The translations under genes were made by a program, and so were the position numbers. Shown here one piece after another: positions 28,194 through 40,184 of a stretch of 64,000 nt of DNA. The notes below the pieces were generated by a model that did not search any database, was not told the origin of the DNA, and saw only the letters and a list, made by a program, of their open reading frames with translations. This DNA is from Eledone cirrhosa (Eukaryota). How positions within the stretch are numbered: position 1 is the first letter of the stretch; each line of letters begins with the position of its first letter. Where the stretch lies: the NCBI GenBank assembly GCA_964016885.1, contig OZ024749.1:15066001-15130000 (forward strand), written 5' to 3'.

Positions 28194-28445
28194 GGTAGTG
28201 GTGGTGGTGGTAGTAGTTGTGGTGGTGGTGGTAGTAGTAGTAGTTGTGGTGGTGATATTAGTAGTGGTGGTGGTGGTAGTAGTAGTAGTGGTGGTGGTGG
28301 TAGTAGTGGAGGTGGTGGTAGTAGTGGTGGTGGTAGTAGTGATAGTAGTAGTAGTAGTGGTAGTGGTGGTGGAAGTAGTCATGGTAGTAGTAGAAGTAGT
28401 AGTGGTAGTGGTGGTGGTGGTGGTGGTGGTAGTAGTGATAGTAGG
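27630..28445. repeat. (GGT/AGT)n trinucleotide expansion
   Basis: Direct inspection. Confidence 0.95.
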
Positions 28446-28562
28446 TGTGGGTGTGTGTGTGTATGTGATCCTGTGTGTAATGCAATAGGGATGTGTGGGT
28501 GTGTGTGTAATTCTGCATGTAATGAGAGACAATGTGTGATCCCTTACATGTGTGTGGGTGTG

Positions 28563-28985
28563 TCATCATCATCATCATCATCATGGTTTAACATCTATCT
28601 TCCACGCTAGCATGGGTTTAGATGGGAATTGTCCCACTTGAGGCAAGATTGGTCGTCTCACTCGTATAGGACTGTCTGGCGGGTTTTCTACTGCTGGATG
28701 CCCTTCCTAACACCAACCACGTTTACAGTGTGGACTGGGAGGTTTTTACCGTGTTACCTACACGGCCACATTACAGCGTGGACTGTGTGTTTTTTTTGTC
28801 GTGACACCTACACAACCTCATTTATTTCGGACCGGATGTTGTGGTACCAACATAACTTTACTTAGAAAGGGGTGGTGTAGATGGGGTGGGGGTAGTGGGA
28901 AGGGGGTGTATTTTGGTTAAGAGGTGCCTACTGACTGTAGGTTTCGCTTTGTACTTAGGTAAGGCGTGTCTTCTGTATTACTGCG
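28563..28985 (-). mobile_element. Diverged RTE 3' end
   Basis: Reverse complement similar to 8985-9518. Confidence 0.85.
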
Positions 28986-29007
28986 TAATAATTATTATTA
29001 TTATTAC

Positions 29008-29038
<31 letters not shown>

Positions 29039-29260
29039 AAGTACCAGTAATACACTGGGTATTTGCTGGCCTTGTGCCAAAAGTAGAAACAATTATTATT
29101 ATTATTATTATATATTCAGTAGAAGTTGTTTTGGTAAAAAAAATAGGAGTAAGCAGGAGAAAGCTCTCTACATTCGTAAGCATCTTTCTTAATGTTATTC
29201 TTATATATATATAAGAAAAAAGATGGCGTAAATATACAATACAACAGGAGGAACATAATA

Positions 29261-29305
29261 GCACCACTGACGATGTTGCAGATGTGCAACGAAACAACTT
29301 TGTTA
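29261..29305 (+). ncRNA. Hammerhead motif in a related pLTR
   Basis: CTGACGA-t-gttgca gatg tgcaac-GAAA; stem II perfect, stems I and III eroded; downstream sequence shared with 62230-62460. Confidence 0.5.
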
Positions 29306-29501
29306 GACTATATATATGTGTTTATGTTTATATGTATATTGTATCTGTATTTTTGACCGTTGGTCAGTCAATGGTAAACATTGAGGACCGAATGAATTAA
29401 CTGATATAAAAGATACAGAAGCGAAAACCAATCAAGCAGTGAGTGTGTTCTGTTATTAATTCTGGCAATATTATTACAACAATATGACCCTCCCCAAGTA
29501 T

Positions 29502-29547
<46 letters not shown>

Positions 29548-29652
29548 CGTTTCTGAATTTGTTTAGCAAGATTCTTTATCTGAAAAGGTGTGTTGAAACC
29601 GATATTGTTATGCTTTGGGAGGGTTATGTTGCCAACATGACCCTCCGAAAGC

Positions 29653-29693
<41 letters not shown>

Positions 29694-29839
29694 TTTCTCT
29701 CCGTCTTTTTCTAATTGTCCTTAACACTATGACTTATTAAAGTAATATAAACAAATCACTATCCGGATGGCTTCCAAAAACAATGGTTGCATTTTAAAAG
29801 GGCACGTCAAAGCTTATTTGTAAAACTGTTATATATTGT

Positions 29840-29903
29840 ATTTTGTCTGATGAAGGCATACCATAATTTAATTTGGTATCCCTGAAATATGTATAATGAA
29901 ATA
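29840..29903 (+). ncRNA. Hammerhead ribozyme, same family as 5692
   Basis: attttgt-CTGATGA-aggcatacca..tggtatccct-GAAA-tatgtATA-atgaaat. Confidence 0.7.
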
Positions 29904-29988
29904 AATATGGTTTTATAAATATAATTTCCATTTATTAATATCGTATATATATATATATATATATATAAGAGAGTGTTTAGATTTGAAA

Positions 29989-30100
29989 TAGTTAGTTTGG
30001 AAGCCTCTACAATGCAGATGGGTAAATCTTCTGGCAATGAAGTGGATTTCATTACCAGACGATTTACTCATCTGCATTGTAGAGGCTTCCAAACTGACTA
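29989..30100. repeat. Palindrome (~53-bp arms)
   Basis: tagttagtttggaagcctctacaatgcagatg ... catctgcattgtagaggcttccaaactgacta. Confidence 0.9.
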
Positions 30101-30202
30101 TCTATCTATATATCTACCTATATATATATATTCTCTTTACTCTTTTACCTGTTCCAGCCAACTGACTGATGCCATACTGGAGCACTGCTATCAAAAATGG
30201 AT

Positions 30203-30317
30203 GTTTACAGTACCAAGGTTTCCCAAGTTGTCACCCATCTCAGTACTAACTAGGCTCAATGCTGCTTAACTTCGCTGATGGGACAAGAACTGATATGTTC
30301 AGGGTGATATGACCCAT
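30203..30317 (-). pseudogene. 5S rRNA-derived sequence (pseudogene or SINE3 head)
   Basis: Minus strand ggtcatatcaccctgaac...gaagttaagcag...gcctagttagtactgagatgggtgac...tgggaa..ggtactgtaa aligns colinearly with eukaryotic 5S rRNA, with many substitutions. Confidence 0.8.
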
Positions 30318-30737
30318 GCTAGTGTGGAAAATGGACGTTAAACGGTGATGATGATGATGATGGTCATGTAGATTTTAAATAAAAATTTCATCCTATTTTG
30401 CAATACAAGATGATCCAATAAGATAATTCCATGAATTAAATGTCTGTCTGTCTTATGGTTCTTCTGTCTGTCCGTCTGTCTGTCTGCAAACACAATCTAT
30501 TATACATCACTTCAAATATATCACTGACTATGTTTCTGAATGTGTGTGTGTATGTGAGAGTGTGTATGTGAGAGTGTGTATGTGAGAGTGTGTATGTGAG
30601 AGTGTGTATGTGAGAGTGTTTATGTGAGAGTGTGTATGTGAGAGTGTGTATGTGTGAAGGTGTGTTTGACATTCTCACATCTTATTTTCAATAAATTTTT
30701 TTCAATGCATTTTCTTCATGTGTTTTTAATAAATAAT

Positions 30738-30922
30738 TGTTTCTACTTTTTGGCACAAGGCCAGCAATTACCCAGTACATTACTGGTACTTTATTTTATC
30801 GACCCCCGTAAGGATGAAAGGCAAAGTTAACCTCGGCGAGATTTGAACTCAGAATGGCAAGGGCCGTAACTCTATGCATCAAAGCATGGCGTCCGACCCT
30901 CTACTGATACTGCCAGTCCAGT
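30738..30922 (-). mobile_element. tRNA-headed SINE with a Meta-like central domain
   Basis: B box gagttcaaatc, core tttgcctttcatccttacggggtcgataaaataaagtaccagt; other copies at 5008-5107, 22825-22980, 32180-32262, 39092-39207. Confidence 0.75.
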
Positions 30923-31079
30923 GTTTTAATAAATAATGTATGTATAATATATGTGTATATGTGTATAATATATGTGTATATTTCTCTATTCATCTTTCAA
31001 CATGTATGTATGGTTCCGTAACTCCCGATTAAGTCATAGAGGCCCCATATTGACATATGGCATTTCTTGGTCATTGTAA

Positions 31080-32100
31080 CCCTGGTGGAGCCCTTCCCTC
31101 CCCAGGCCTGACCTAGTGGAGCCCATCCCTCCCCAGGCCTGACCTGGTGGAGCCCTTCCCTCCCCAGGCCTGACCTGGTGGAGCCCATCCCTCCCCAGGC
31201 CTGACCTGGTGGAGCCCTTCCCTCCCCAGGCCTGACCTGGTGGAGCCCTTCCCTCCCCAGGCCTGACCTGGTGGAGCCCATCCCTCCCCAGGCCTGACCT
31301 GGTGGAGCCCTTCCCTCCCCAGGCCTGACCTGGTGGAGCCCATCCCTCCCCAGGCCTGACCTGGTGGAGCCCTTCCCTCCCCAGGCCTGACCTGGTGGAG
31401 CCCATCCCTCCCCAGGCCTGACCTGGTGGAGCCCTTCCCTCCCCAGGCCTGACCTGGTGGAGCCCATCCCTCCCCAGGCCTGACCTGGTGGAGCCCTTCC
31501 CTCCCCAGGCCTGACCTAGTGGAGCCCATCCCTCCCCAGGCCTGACCTGGTGGAGCCCTTCCCTCCCCAGGCCTGACCTAGTGGAGCCCTTCCCTCCCCA
31601 GGCCTCACCTGGTGGAGCCCATCCCTCCCCAGGCCTGACCTGGTGGAGCCCATCCCTCCCCAGGCCTGACCTGGTGGAGCCCATCCCTCCCCAGGCCTCA
31701 CCTGGTGGAGCCCATCCCTCCCCAGGCCTCACCTGGTGGAGCCCATCCCTCCCCAGGCCTGACCTGGTGGAGCCCATCCCTCCCCAGGCCTCACCTGGTG
31801 GAGCCCATCCCTCCCCAGGCCTCACTTGGTGGAGCCCATCCCTCCCCAGGCCTCACCTGGTGGAGCCCATCCCTCCCCAGGCCTCACCTGGTGGAGCCCA
31901 TCCCTCCCCAGGCCTCACCTGGTGGAGCCCATCCCTCCCCAGGCCTCACCTGGTGGAGCCCATCCCTCCCCAGGCCTGACCTGGTGGAGCCCATCCCTCC
32001 CCAGGCCTGACCTAGTGGAGCCCATCCCTCCCCAGGCCTGACCTGGTGGAGCCCACCCCTCCCCAGGCCTCACCTGGTGGAGCCCACCCCTCTCCAGGTC
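31080..32100. repeat. 31-bp GC-rich minisatellite CCTGACCTGGTGGAGCCC(A/T)TCCCTCCCCAGG, ~33 copies
   Basis: Direct inspection. Confidence 0.98.
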
Positions 32101-32286
32101 TGAGTACAGCAGATTTCTTCCAGAGAAAGATAGAAAGTGAGACAGAGAGGAATTAAAAAAGAGATACAGAGGAAGAATCGACCCCAGTACTTCACAGGTA
32201 CTTTTTCTATCGACCTCGAAAGGATGAAAAGCAAAGTTGACCTCAGCGGGATTTAAACTCAGAGAGCCGGAATGAATACCATAAAA

Positions 32287-33015
32287 CAGACATGTCAAAC
32301 TGAGGGTCCCCCTCGAGGGCCACATGGATCACGTATGTGTTGTCTGAGGGCCACATGGGTCACATATCTGTTGTTTGAGGGCCACATGGGTCACGTATGT
32401 GTTGTCTGAGGGCCACATGGGTCACATATGTGTTGTCTGAGGGCCACATGGGTCACGTATGTGTTGTCTGAGGGCCACATGGGTCACGTATGTGTTGTCT
32501 GAGGGCCACATGGGTCACGTATGTGATGTCTGAGGGCCACATGGGTCACGTATGTGTTGTTTGAGGGCCACATGGGTCACGTATCTGTTGTCTGAGGGCC
32601 ACATGGGTCACGTATGTGTTGTCTGAGGGCCACATGGGTCACGTATGTGTTGTCTGAGGGCCACATGGGTCACGTATGTGTTGTTTGAGGGCCACATATG
32701 TGTTGTCTGAGGGCCACATGGGTCACGTATGTGTTGTTTGAGGGCCACATGGGTCACGTATGTGTTGTTTGAGGGCCACATGGGTTACGTATCTGTTGTC
32801 TGAGGGCCACATGGGTCACGTATGTGTTGTTTGAGGGCCACATGGGTTACGTATGTGTTGTTTGAGGGCCACATATGACAACTAATTGCGCACATTACAA
32901 TTAATTTTTTATATTTTATATTACGAAGATAAAACATGCTCGTAATAAAAAAACCTTTGTGCGGGCTAAAGGGCCGCTGGTGTGCTTGTAAAGGGCCACA
33001 TGTTTGACATACCTG
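32287..33015. mobile_element. hAT (Charlie-like) non-autonomous element with an internal 31-bp minisatellite
   Basis: TIRs CAGACATGTCAAAC / GTTTGACATACCTG; 8-bp TSD ccataaaa (32279-86) / ccataaac (33016-23) with central TA. Confidence 0.8.
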
Positions 33016-33149
33016 CCATAAACCATTCTATCCAACGTTTTAATGACTGCCAATTACATAGTTTTATGTGATTCCTCAATAATCTATAGTAGAGCTATAG
33101 TAATGAAACCTAACATAGAAAAGGGGCTATAGTAATGTAAACTAGACCA

Positions 33150-33792
33150 CGGGTATATATCATATATACATTCATGGTGTATATATGATATATACACCAT
33201 GTATATATGATATATACACCGTGTATATATGATATATACACCATGTATATATGATATATACACCGTGTATATATGATATATACACAGTGTATATATGATA
33301 TATACACCATGTATATATGATATATACATGGTGTATATATGATATATACACCGTGTATATATGATATATACACCATGTATATATGATATATACATGGTGT
33401 ATATATGATATATACACCGTGTATATATGATATATATATATACGGTGTATATATGATATATACGTGTTGTATATATCATATATACACGGTGTATATATGA
33501 TATATATGTACGGTGTATATATGATATATATGTACATGGTGTATATATGATATATACACCGTGTATATATGATATATATATACGGTGTATATATGATATA
33601 TACATACCGTATATATATCATATATATACACAGTGTATATATCATATATACACGGTGTATATATGATATATATATACGGTGTATATATGATATATACATG
33701 GTGTATATATGATATATACATGGTGTATATATGATATATACATGGTGTATATATGATATATATATACGGTGTATATATATGATATATACACA
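33150..33792. repeat. ~21-bp AT-rich minisatellite (GTATATATGATATATACACC(A/G)T)
   Basis: Direct inspection. Confidence 0.9.
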
Positions 33793-33969
33793 TAAAAACA
33801 CAGTAAGAAGTATTAATGTTATATATATTTTTACAGCTGGAAAAAACAAAACAAAAACCCTCAGGCCCTGGAGTTTCATATTATAAAACAAAATAAAAAC
33901 AAGAGCTGAAATACAAATATAATATGTGTATATATATATACTGTCATGACCTTGAAGATAAAATAGGTG

Positions 33970-34930
33970 TCATCATCAACATCATCATTTTACGTCCGCT
34001 TTCCCTGCTTGCGAGGGTGGGACAGGAACTGATTCTGGCTTGATTTCTACAGCTGGATGTCCTTCCTAACACCAACCTCATTTACAGTGAGTGCTGGTTG
34101 CTTTTATTCCGTGGCGCCACGGTCAATTAATTTAATGCCTCTTTCGTTTCCCCTATCTAGGGCATCCCCTTTACCCTTGTAGCAGTTAATGATGCTGCTG
34201 CTACGCCAGTCATTTTGTATGACCCCGTTCTGTATGACTTGGTTTACTATCCGGGTGACCATAGTGTGTCCCACCGTTCCAGATGCTTTCAGCATTTCAG
34301 CAACTATGTCCGAAGGCCCAGCTGCCTTGCCTGTCTTCATATCTTTGATTGCCTTACTTATTATACTACCTTCAACTTGCACTGCTGGTCTCTCTATTGG
34401 ATCGATTTGGGGAAGACTATGTTTTTTCCCATTTATTCTCCTCATTTAGTAGCCTCTCGTAGTGACACTTCCAAGCTATCTACTTATCAGCATCAGTGAT
34501 GGCAAGTACACCATCATCATTACGGACACACTTCTCCCCGACAATATCACGGTTTTCCTTGACACATTAGCTAGAATCCTGAACACCTCACGTTTTTGGT
34601 CCTCGTGTTGTAGAACATGCTTGAACTTTCTTTCCTCTGCTTCCCTTCTTGCAAAGTACACTTGTCTCCTAGCTTCCCTCCTGGCCACTTGATAGTGTTC
34701 TCTACTTCCTCCATCCCACCATACTTTCCAAGCCTGCTTTTTGGCCTTGATTGACTCCTCCACTTTACTGTTCCACCACCACGTTACTCTCCTCCTGCCT
34801 ACAGGTCTGCTCCAGCCACAGATTTCATCTATCGCCTTCAGCAGGTTAACTTTTAGGAATTCCAACTGTTCCTCTATATTGTACGTCTCTAATTGCTCTT
34901 CCTTACTGTCAAAAGCATCAAGTAATATGA
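33970..34930 (-). mobile_element. Internally deleted RTE fragment fused directly to a 3' tail
   Basis: ORFs 34104..34445 and 34476..34865 are close homologues of the RTE ORF linker/RT start; sequence jumps to the 3'UTR after KLID. Confidence 0.9.
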
Positions 34931-35046
34931 TTTTAATATATATATATATATATACATATATATATCATCATCATCATCATCATTTAACATCTGGTTTCCC
35001 CACTAGCAGGGGTTGGATAGGTATTCACAGACCAAGTCACTACCGA

Positions 35047-35185
35047 GGGGATAAAATAGACAAGAGGGAATCTGACAAACATTAAATTTTCTCATCAGCT
35101 TATAAATTGTTGAAACCACAGGTGGTCTAAAAGCTGATGAGAAAATTTAATGTTTGTGAGATCCCCTCTCATCTATTTTATCCCT
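35047..35185. repeat. Imperfect palindrome with CTGATGA in each arm
   Basis: caaacattaaattttctcatcagctt ... aagctgatgagaaaatttaatgtttg. Confidence 0.85.
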
Positions 35186-35419
35186 TTCTCATTTCTTCCT
35201 TTCGTTTCTACGAGCCAACACCCTTCTGGCTACTGATTTCTAACCTTTGAGATAAATTTTACCTGACACCGCCATTGACAGCATCTTGCTTGAAGCATTG
35301 TATATAATATATAACATTGAAATGCAAAATGGACTGTAAGATGAGGTAACGAAAGTAAAAGCTAGCTGGTAATCTTTGTTTTGTTTTGTAGTTGTTGTTA
35401 TTGTTGTTGTTCTTTTATC

Positions 35420-36110
35420 TGTCCAATATTTAAGGACCTAAAAGTCCCTTCATCAGGGTTTAAGGAACTTTCAGCGAATAACGTTCCAATTTCCTCTCTT
35501 TGGGATAAAATTTTGATTTTGATTTACATTTTTTCTAAGTTGTTTTCAAGCGTTTTTTCGGTTGTTACTTCGTTTTCCACGTGAATGGCGTCAATTGCCA
35601 ATATAGTATTTCACGAAATCAATTTTCCTTTTTGTATGAGATATTTAGTTTGTGTGCCTGTGGGTGTGTCTTTTTATGTCAAGTACTGTGTGCTGAGTTC
35701 TAATCTATTATTTACTTGTGGGTTGAGTCTACGTTTCTATCACTGGCTTTAATGGTAACGGTAATATGTTGGTTGATGTTTCTACATTTGTCAATGTGTT
35801 TTTTTTAATTAGGATATGCGTGTGCTGATGTTTTCTTTAATACGAGTGTGGAGTGCTCGAGACGTGCTACCAATGTAGAACTCCTTACATTTGTTGCATT
35901 CAATCCGGTATACCACATGTGTCCACTGGCACATAGCTGTATCGCGGATAGAGCAGTTAGTCAACAAGCACTGAATGTTGTTGTCTCTGGATTGCTTTTT
36001 AGACAGGTACCCACGCAGTGAAGGGCCAGAGTGTGCTAACTGTATGTCCAGTCCTTCTTTGCGTATAGCTATGGCTATGCTTTCGCTGAAATGTGGTAAG
36101 TTCATGAAGC
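35420..36110 (-). mobile_element. Second PLE family relic: GIY-YIG fragment with a downstream degenerate HHR
   Basis: ORF 35809..36105: VVYRIECNKCKEFYIGSTSRALHTRIKE. Minus-strand CTGATGAagggacttttaggtcctTAAA at 35420-35460. Confidence 0.75.
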
Positions 36111-36355
36111 AGGTGTATCCCAGTTATTAGAATAGCTACATCACATCCCTGCATGTAGTAAGAGGTAACTAAAAGTGTTGGCATTAGGAAGGACATCTGG
36201 CTGCAAAACATTGCCTCAAAACATCCAGTTCAGCCCATGCCAGTATGGAAAAGTGAACATAAAAATCATGATGATGATGATGATGATGACATAAGAGTTG
36301 CTGAAACTGAATCAAAGAAAGAAAAGGAGAGGAAAAGAAAAGCAAGAATATTTAC

Positions 36356-38237
36356 CTGAAATATGTTGGACTTGATCGCCAACTCTGACTGCAAAGATCT
36401 CCCCAGGCTGAATGTGGACAAGGACCACGTGCTGTGCTCCTGGTGTGTTACTACTGTTGTAGCCACTGTTGTTGTTGTTGTTGTTGGCCAGTGGCGGGCT
36501 ACCTGTGCTACAGGACGAGAAAACGGCCGTAGTGGTGCCTGTCGCCATTCCAGTGGTCGTTGTCATGGTAGACGACAAAATCTGATGGTGTTCGCATTGC
36601 TTTCCACCCTGATGCAGTTGTTGTGGCGGTGGAGCTGGTGCTGGTGTCGACACGGTGATATTACTGGAGCATACTGATTGGTTGGTCGTGGCGGTGACAT
36701 CCTTATTATTGACCGTAGTGCTGCCGTTGTTGCTGCTACTGTTGTTGTTGTTGCTATTGTTACTATTGTTGTTTTTGTTGTTGTTGTTGTCTGGCGGAGA
36801 AGTAGAATCGGCTGGTGATGGTTGCTGTTGCTGTTGTTGTTGTTGTTGTTGCTGCTGTTGCTGTGGTTGTGGTGGCGTCGATGTCGAGGAATCGTCACTG
36901 TCGCCATGGGACCGGTTTACATCTGGTTGTGTTGTCACCTCTGCTGCAGCAGTAGTAGTAGCAGTAGTAGTAATAGTAGTACTACTACTATTAGTAGTAG
37001 TAGTAGTAATAATCGTACCACCAGTTGTGGATGCATCTGGAGTCAACTGGCTGAGAATCACTGGACTTCCAGATGTTGCAGTAGAAGCAGCAACAGCAGC
37101 AGCAGACGTGTCGGAAGAGTCCAAAATTGTCATTTTGCCAGATATCTTTTTGTTGTTGTTGCTGCTGCTGCTGTTGTTACTGTTATTTTTCTTGTTGTTG
37201 TCACTGCTGCTGTTTTTGTTGATGTTGTTGTCGCTGCTGTTGCTTTTGTTGATGTTGTTGTTGCTGCTACTGTTGTTGTCGCTGCTGCTGCTTTTGTTGG
37301 TGGTGTTGTTGTTGCTGCTGCTGCTGTTGTTGCTTTCGCTGCTGCTGTTTTTGTTGATGTTGTTGTTGTTGCTGCTGTTGTTGTTGTCGCTGCTGCCGTT
37401 TTTGTTGCTGCTGCTGTTGAGGTTGTTGCTGCTGCTTTTGTTGTTGGCAGTGTCTCCCACCCGTATGCTGGGTGGGGTCAAAGCTGACATTTCGGTGTGA
37501 CTGTCCCTAGTAGCTATAGTGACCACAGATGATTGAACGTCCAGTGGGGAGCAGGGCACATCACCACCTCCACCACTGGCTGAAAGGTCAGTAGTGGAGG
37601 TGGGAGTAATGTATGTCACTTGTGTCTCCGGGTCGATGACAACAGACGTGGCACCGGCCATCACACCTGTGTTGTTGTTGTCCAGAGAGTTCTCTTTCTT
37701 TTCCCTTTCCCCCTCTTTCTCCTCCTCCTCCTCCCCCTTCCCCTCCCCTTCCCCCTCAGCAGGCACCTCGGGGCGTGGCGCCGGCCCAGGGGCCACTTTC
37801 TCTAGCCGTTCCTCGTCGGTCTGGACGGCTTCCCCTTCCTCCCCCTCTTCCCCTTCCTCTCCCTCCTCTTCCACTTCCATTTCCTCCTCGTTGTCACAGC
37901 TGGCCACCGTGGCGACGGTCATCGTCGTCGTCGGTGTTGTTGTTGTTGTCGTGGCCGCGGCGGTCGTCACGGTAGCGACAGCAGTGTCGTTAGCAACGGC
38001 AGCCACGGCAGCAACAACAGCATCAGTGGTGGCAGCAGCAGCGGTGGTGGTGGTGGTGGTGGTGACGGCGGAGGTGGCGCCAGTGGTGGTGGTGGTGGTG
38101 GTGGTGGTGGCAATGGTGGCAGTGGTGGCAGTAAGTGTCTTGGAGATGTTGTTTGGAAGTAGTTTGCCGTTTTCCTTAGCCGGAGTCAGTTGCTGGAGGA
38201 GAGCATCAGAGTCACTCATCTCCTCGGACGTGGACAT
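36356..38237 (-). CDS. FNDC3: First coding exon of an FNDC3-like (fibronectin type III domain-containing protein 3 / miles-to-go) gene; long low-complexity N-terminus
   Basis: ORF ends in AQHVVLVHIQPGEIFAVRVGDQVQHISG, resembling the conserved FNDC3A/B N-terminal motif (QVILVQVNPGETFTIR..DG..QCIQG, from memory). A phase-1 donor TCAG|GTAAAT follows at 36356/36355. Upstream acceptor tctatcttctgcctctcatttcag| ends at 38293, giving exon 36356-38292 with a 55-nt 5'UTR part. No downstream exon recognised in the window. Confidence 0.75.
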
Positions 38238-39295
38238 ATTTCACAGCAGACTCAGGGAAGGAAGTCACTGCAATATCATATCACGGCTTTTACTGAAATG
38301 AGAGGCAGAAGATAGAGGACAGCTTTTAGTATCATGTGAACTACAACACGACATGAGGTTAAATATGACGGGGGATTAAGTGGGAGGAGGTGGAGGAGAA
38401 GAAGAAGGAAGAGGAGGAGGAGAAAAAGGAGAAGAAGAAAGAAAGAATAAAAGAAAAGTAGGAGAGGAGAGGAGGGGAGAGAGGGTGTGTGAAAAGAGTG
38501 ATAAAGGAGATAAGTGGGAGAGAGAAACAAGGATACATGGTTTATAGAGAGACATCCATAAGTACACACACACACATACATATACACACATATATACATA
38601 CATACACATATATATACACACACACACATACATACATATATACATATATACATACATCCATACATAATGGCTCCAACTTGATGAATGAGCATCACGGATG
38701 TGGCTTTTTAATCCTACAAGGGACTTGTTTATGGCCAGCAATACCATGTATCGCATAAAAATCTCACATATCAAGCGATGGCTGTGCTTGAAACTTTTTT
38801 AAGTGAGGAAAGGCTTTGCATGGGGCCAATCCCACTCTCTGAACATTCAATGCATTTGCCCAAAAAGAAAAACTGGTCTACATCATTGGATGCAAACAAA
38901 GTCACAGGTTTTATATCAGAGTGACCTTCATCATCATCATCATCATTTTACGTCCGCTCTTCCCTGCTTGCAAGGGTGGGACTTCTCCTAGGGTCTTAAT
39001 AAAGACTAGGAGTGTTCCATTCCTCAGAAGAAAAAAAATTGCATGAGTTAGGTTAGACAAGTTAAAATGTAGAGACACAAACACCCTTTGTGTTCTGAGT
39101 TCAAATCCCGCTGAGGTTAACTTTGCCTTTCATCCTTACGGGGTCGATAAAATAAAAGTACCAGTAATGCACTGGGGTAATCGCTGGCCTTGTGCCAAAA
39201 GTAGAAACTATACTTATATATATACAGAATGGGTGTGTGTGCGTGTGTATCTGTATGTATGTGTATGTATGTATGTATGTATGTATGTATGTGTT

Positions 39296-39904
39296 ATGTC
39301 AGGTCACCAGTTGGTGCTACTGGTAACATGTATCCCAGTACAACCTGTCTCATGGTCGGATCGTTGGTGACTAAACTAGCAACCCCACCAAGGTTTCTTG
39401 GTGAGGAGGGTGACTTTGGACATCCTGCAGGACTAAAAACAAAACCTGTCAAAGGGCAAAGGAGCTCTTAAGAGTCAATGGCCATCCAAAATCACTGGGA
39501 GAGATGACCCCTTAGCCTTTTTCAAGGCAGAATTCTAGGAGAAGGAAAACTCTGATATAACACCTGCAACCCTGATGGTATCCAATGATGTTGACTTGTT
39601 CTTCTTTTTGGTAAATATCATCTTGGTTAAGAGAGTGGGACTGGCTTTGTGCAGTGCCTTTGCTCACTATAAAAGCTTCACGACACAGGCATTGCTTTAT
39701 ATCTGGAGATCTCTCTGCACTTGCCGTCACATGGTACCATGGGCCCAGCACTGTGTCAATAATTGTCACAAGTGTAGTGTTTGTACCAGAGTTTTCAAGT
39801 CGCTGGCTGGACTAAAAATTCACACTCGTTCAGCGCATCGGTAGGGGTTCTCCTACATGGATATAAAGTAGTGGCCATACTCGAAAACGAGTTGGCAGCC
39901 ACCA
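39296..39904 (+). mobile_element. Short RTE/BovB-like derivative ending in a C2H2 finger; diverged inverted sister at ~38665-38925
   Basis: CSVCTRVFKSLAGLKIHTRSAHR* followed by a short hairpin tail; 39549-39712 resembles the reverse complement of 38761-38922. Confidence 0.5.
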
Positions 39905-40124
39905 TGTGTGTATGTGTGTATATGTGCCTGCCTACATGTGTGTGTGTCTGTATGTATGTATATGTGTGCATGCATGTGTATCTATATGTGTGTGTGTGTC
40001 TGAGTGTTTGTGTGTGTGTGTGTGTTTGTGTGCATCTCTGTATGAGGGAGTCTGTGTGTGTGTGTAAGTCTGTGTATGTATGTGTTTGTCTGTATGTATG
40101 TGTGTGCCTGTATGTGCATGTGTA

Positions 40125-40184
<60 letters not shown>

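Noticed and set aside
27362-28584. Gly/Val/Thr/Pro-rich ORFs
   Set aside because: (GGT/AGT)n simple repeat; no splice or homology support
36655-38301. Plus-strand ORFs overlapping the FNDC3-like exon
   Set aside because: Antisense shadows of trinucleotide-rich coding sequence
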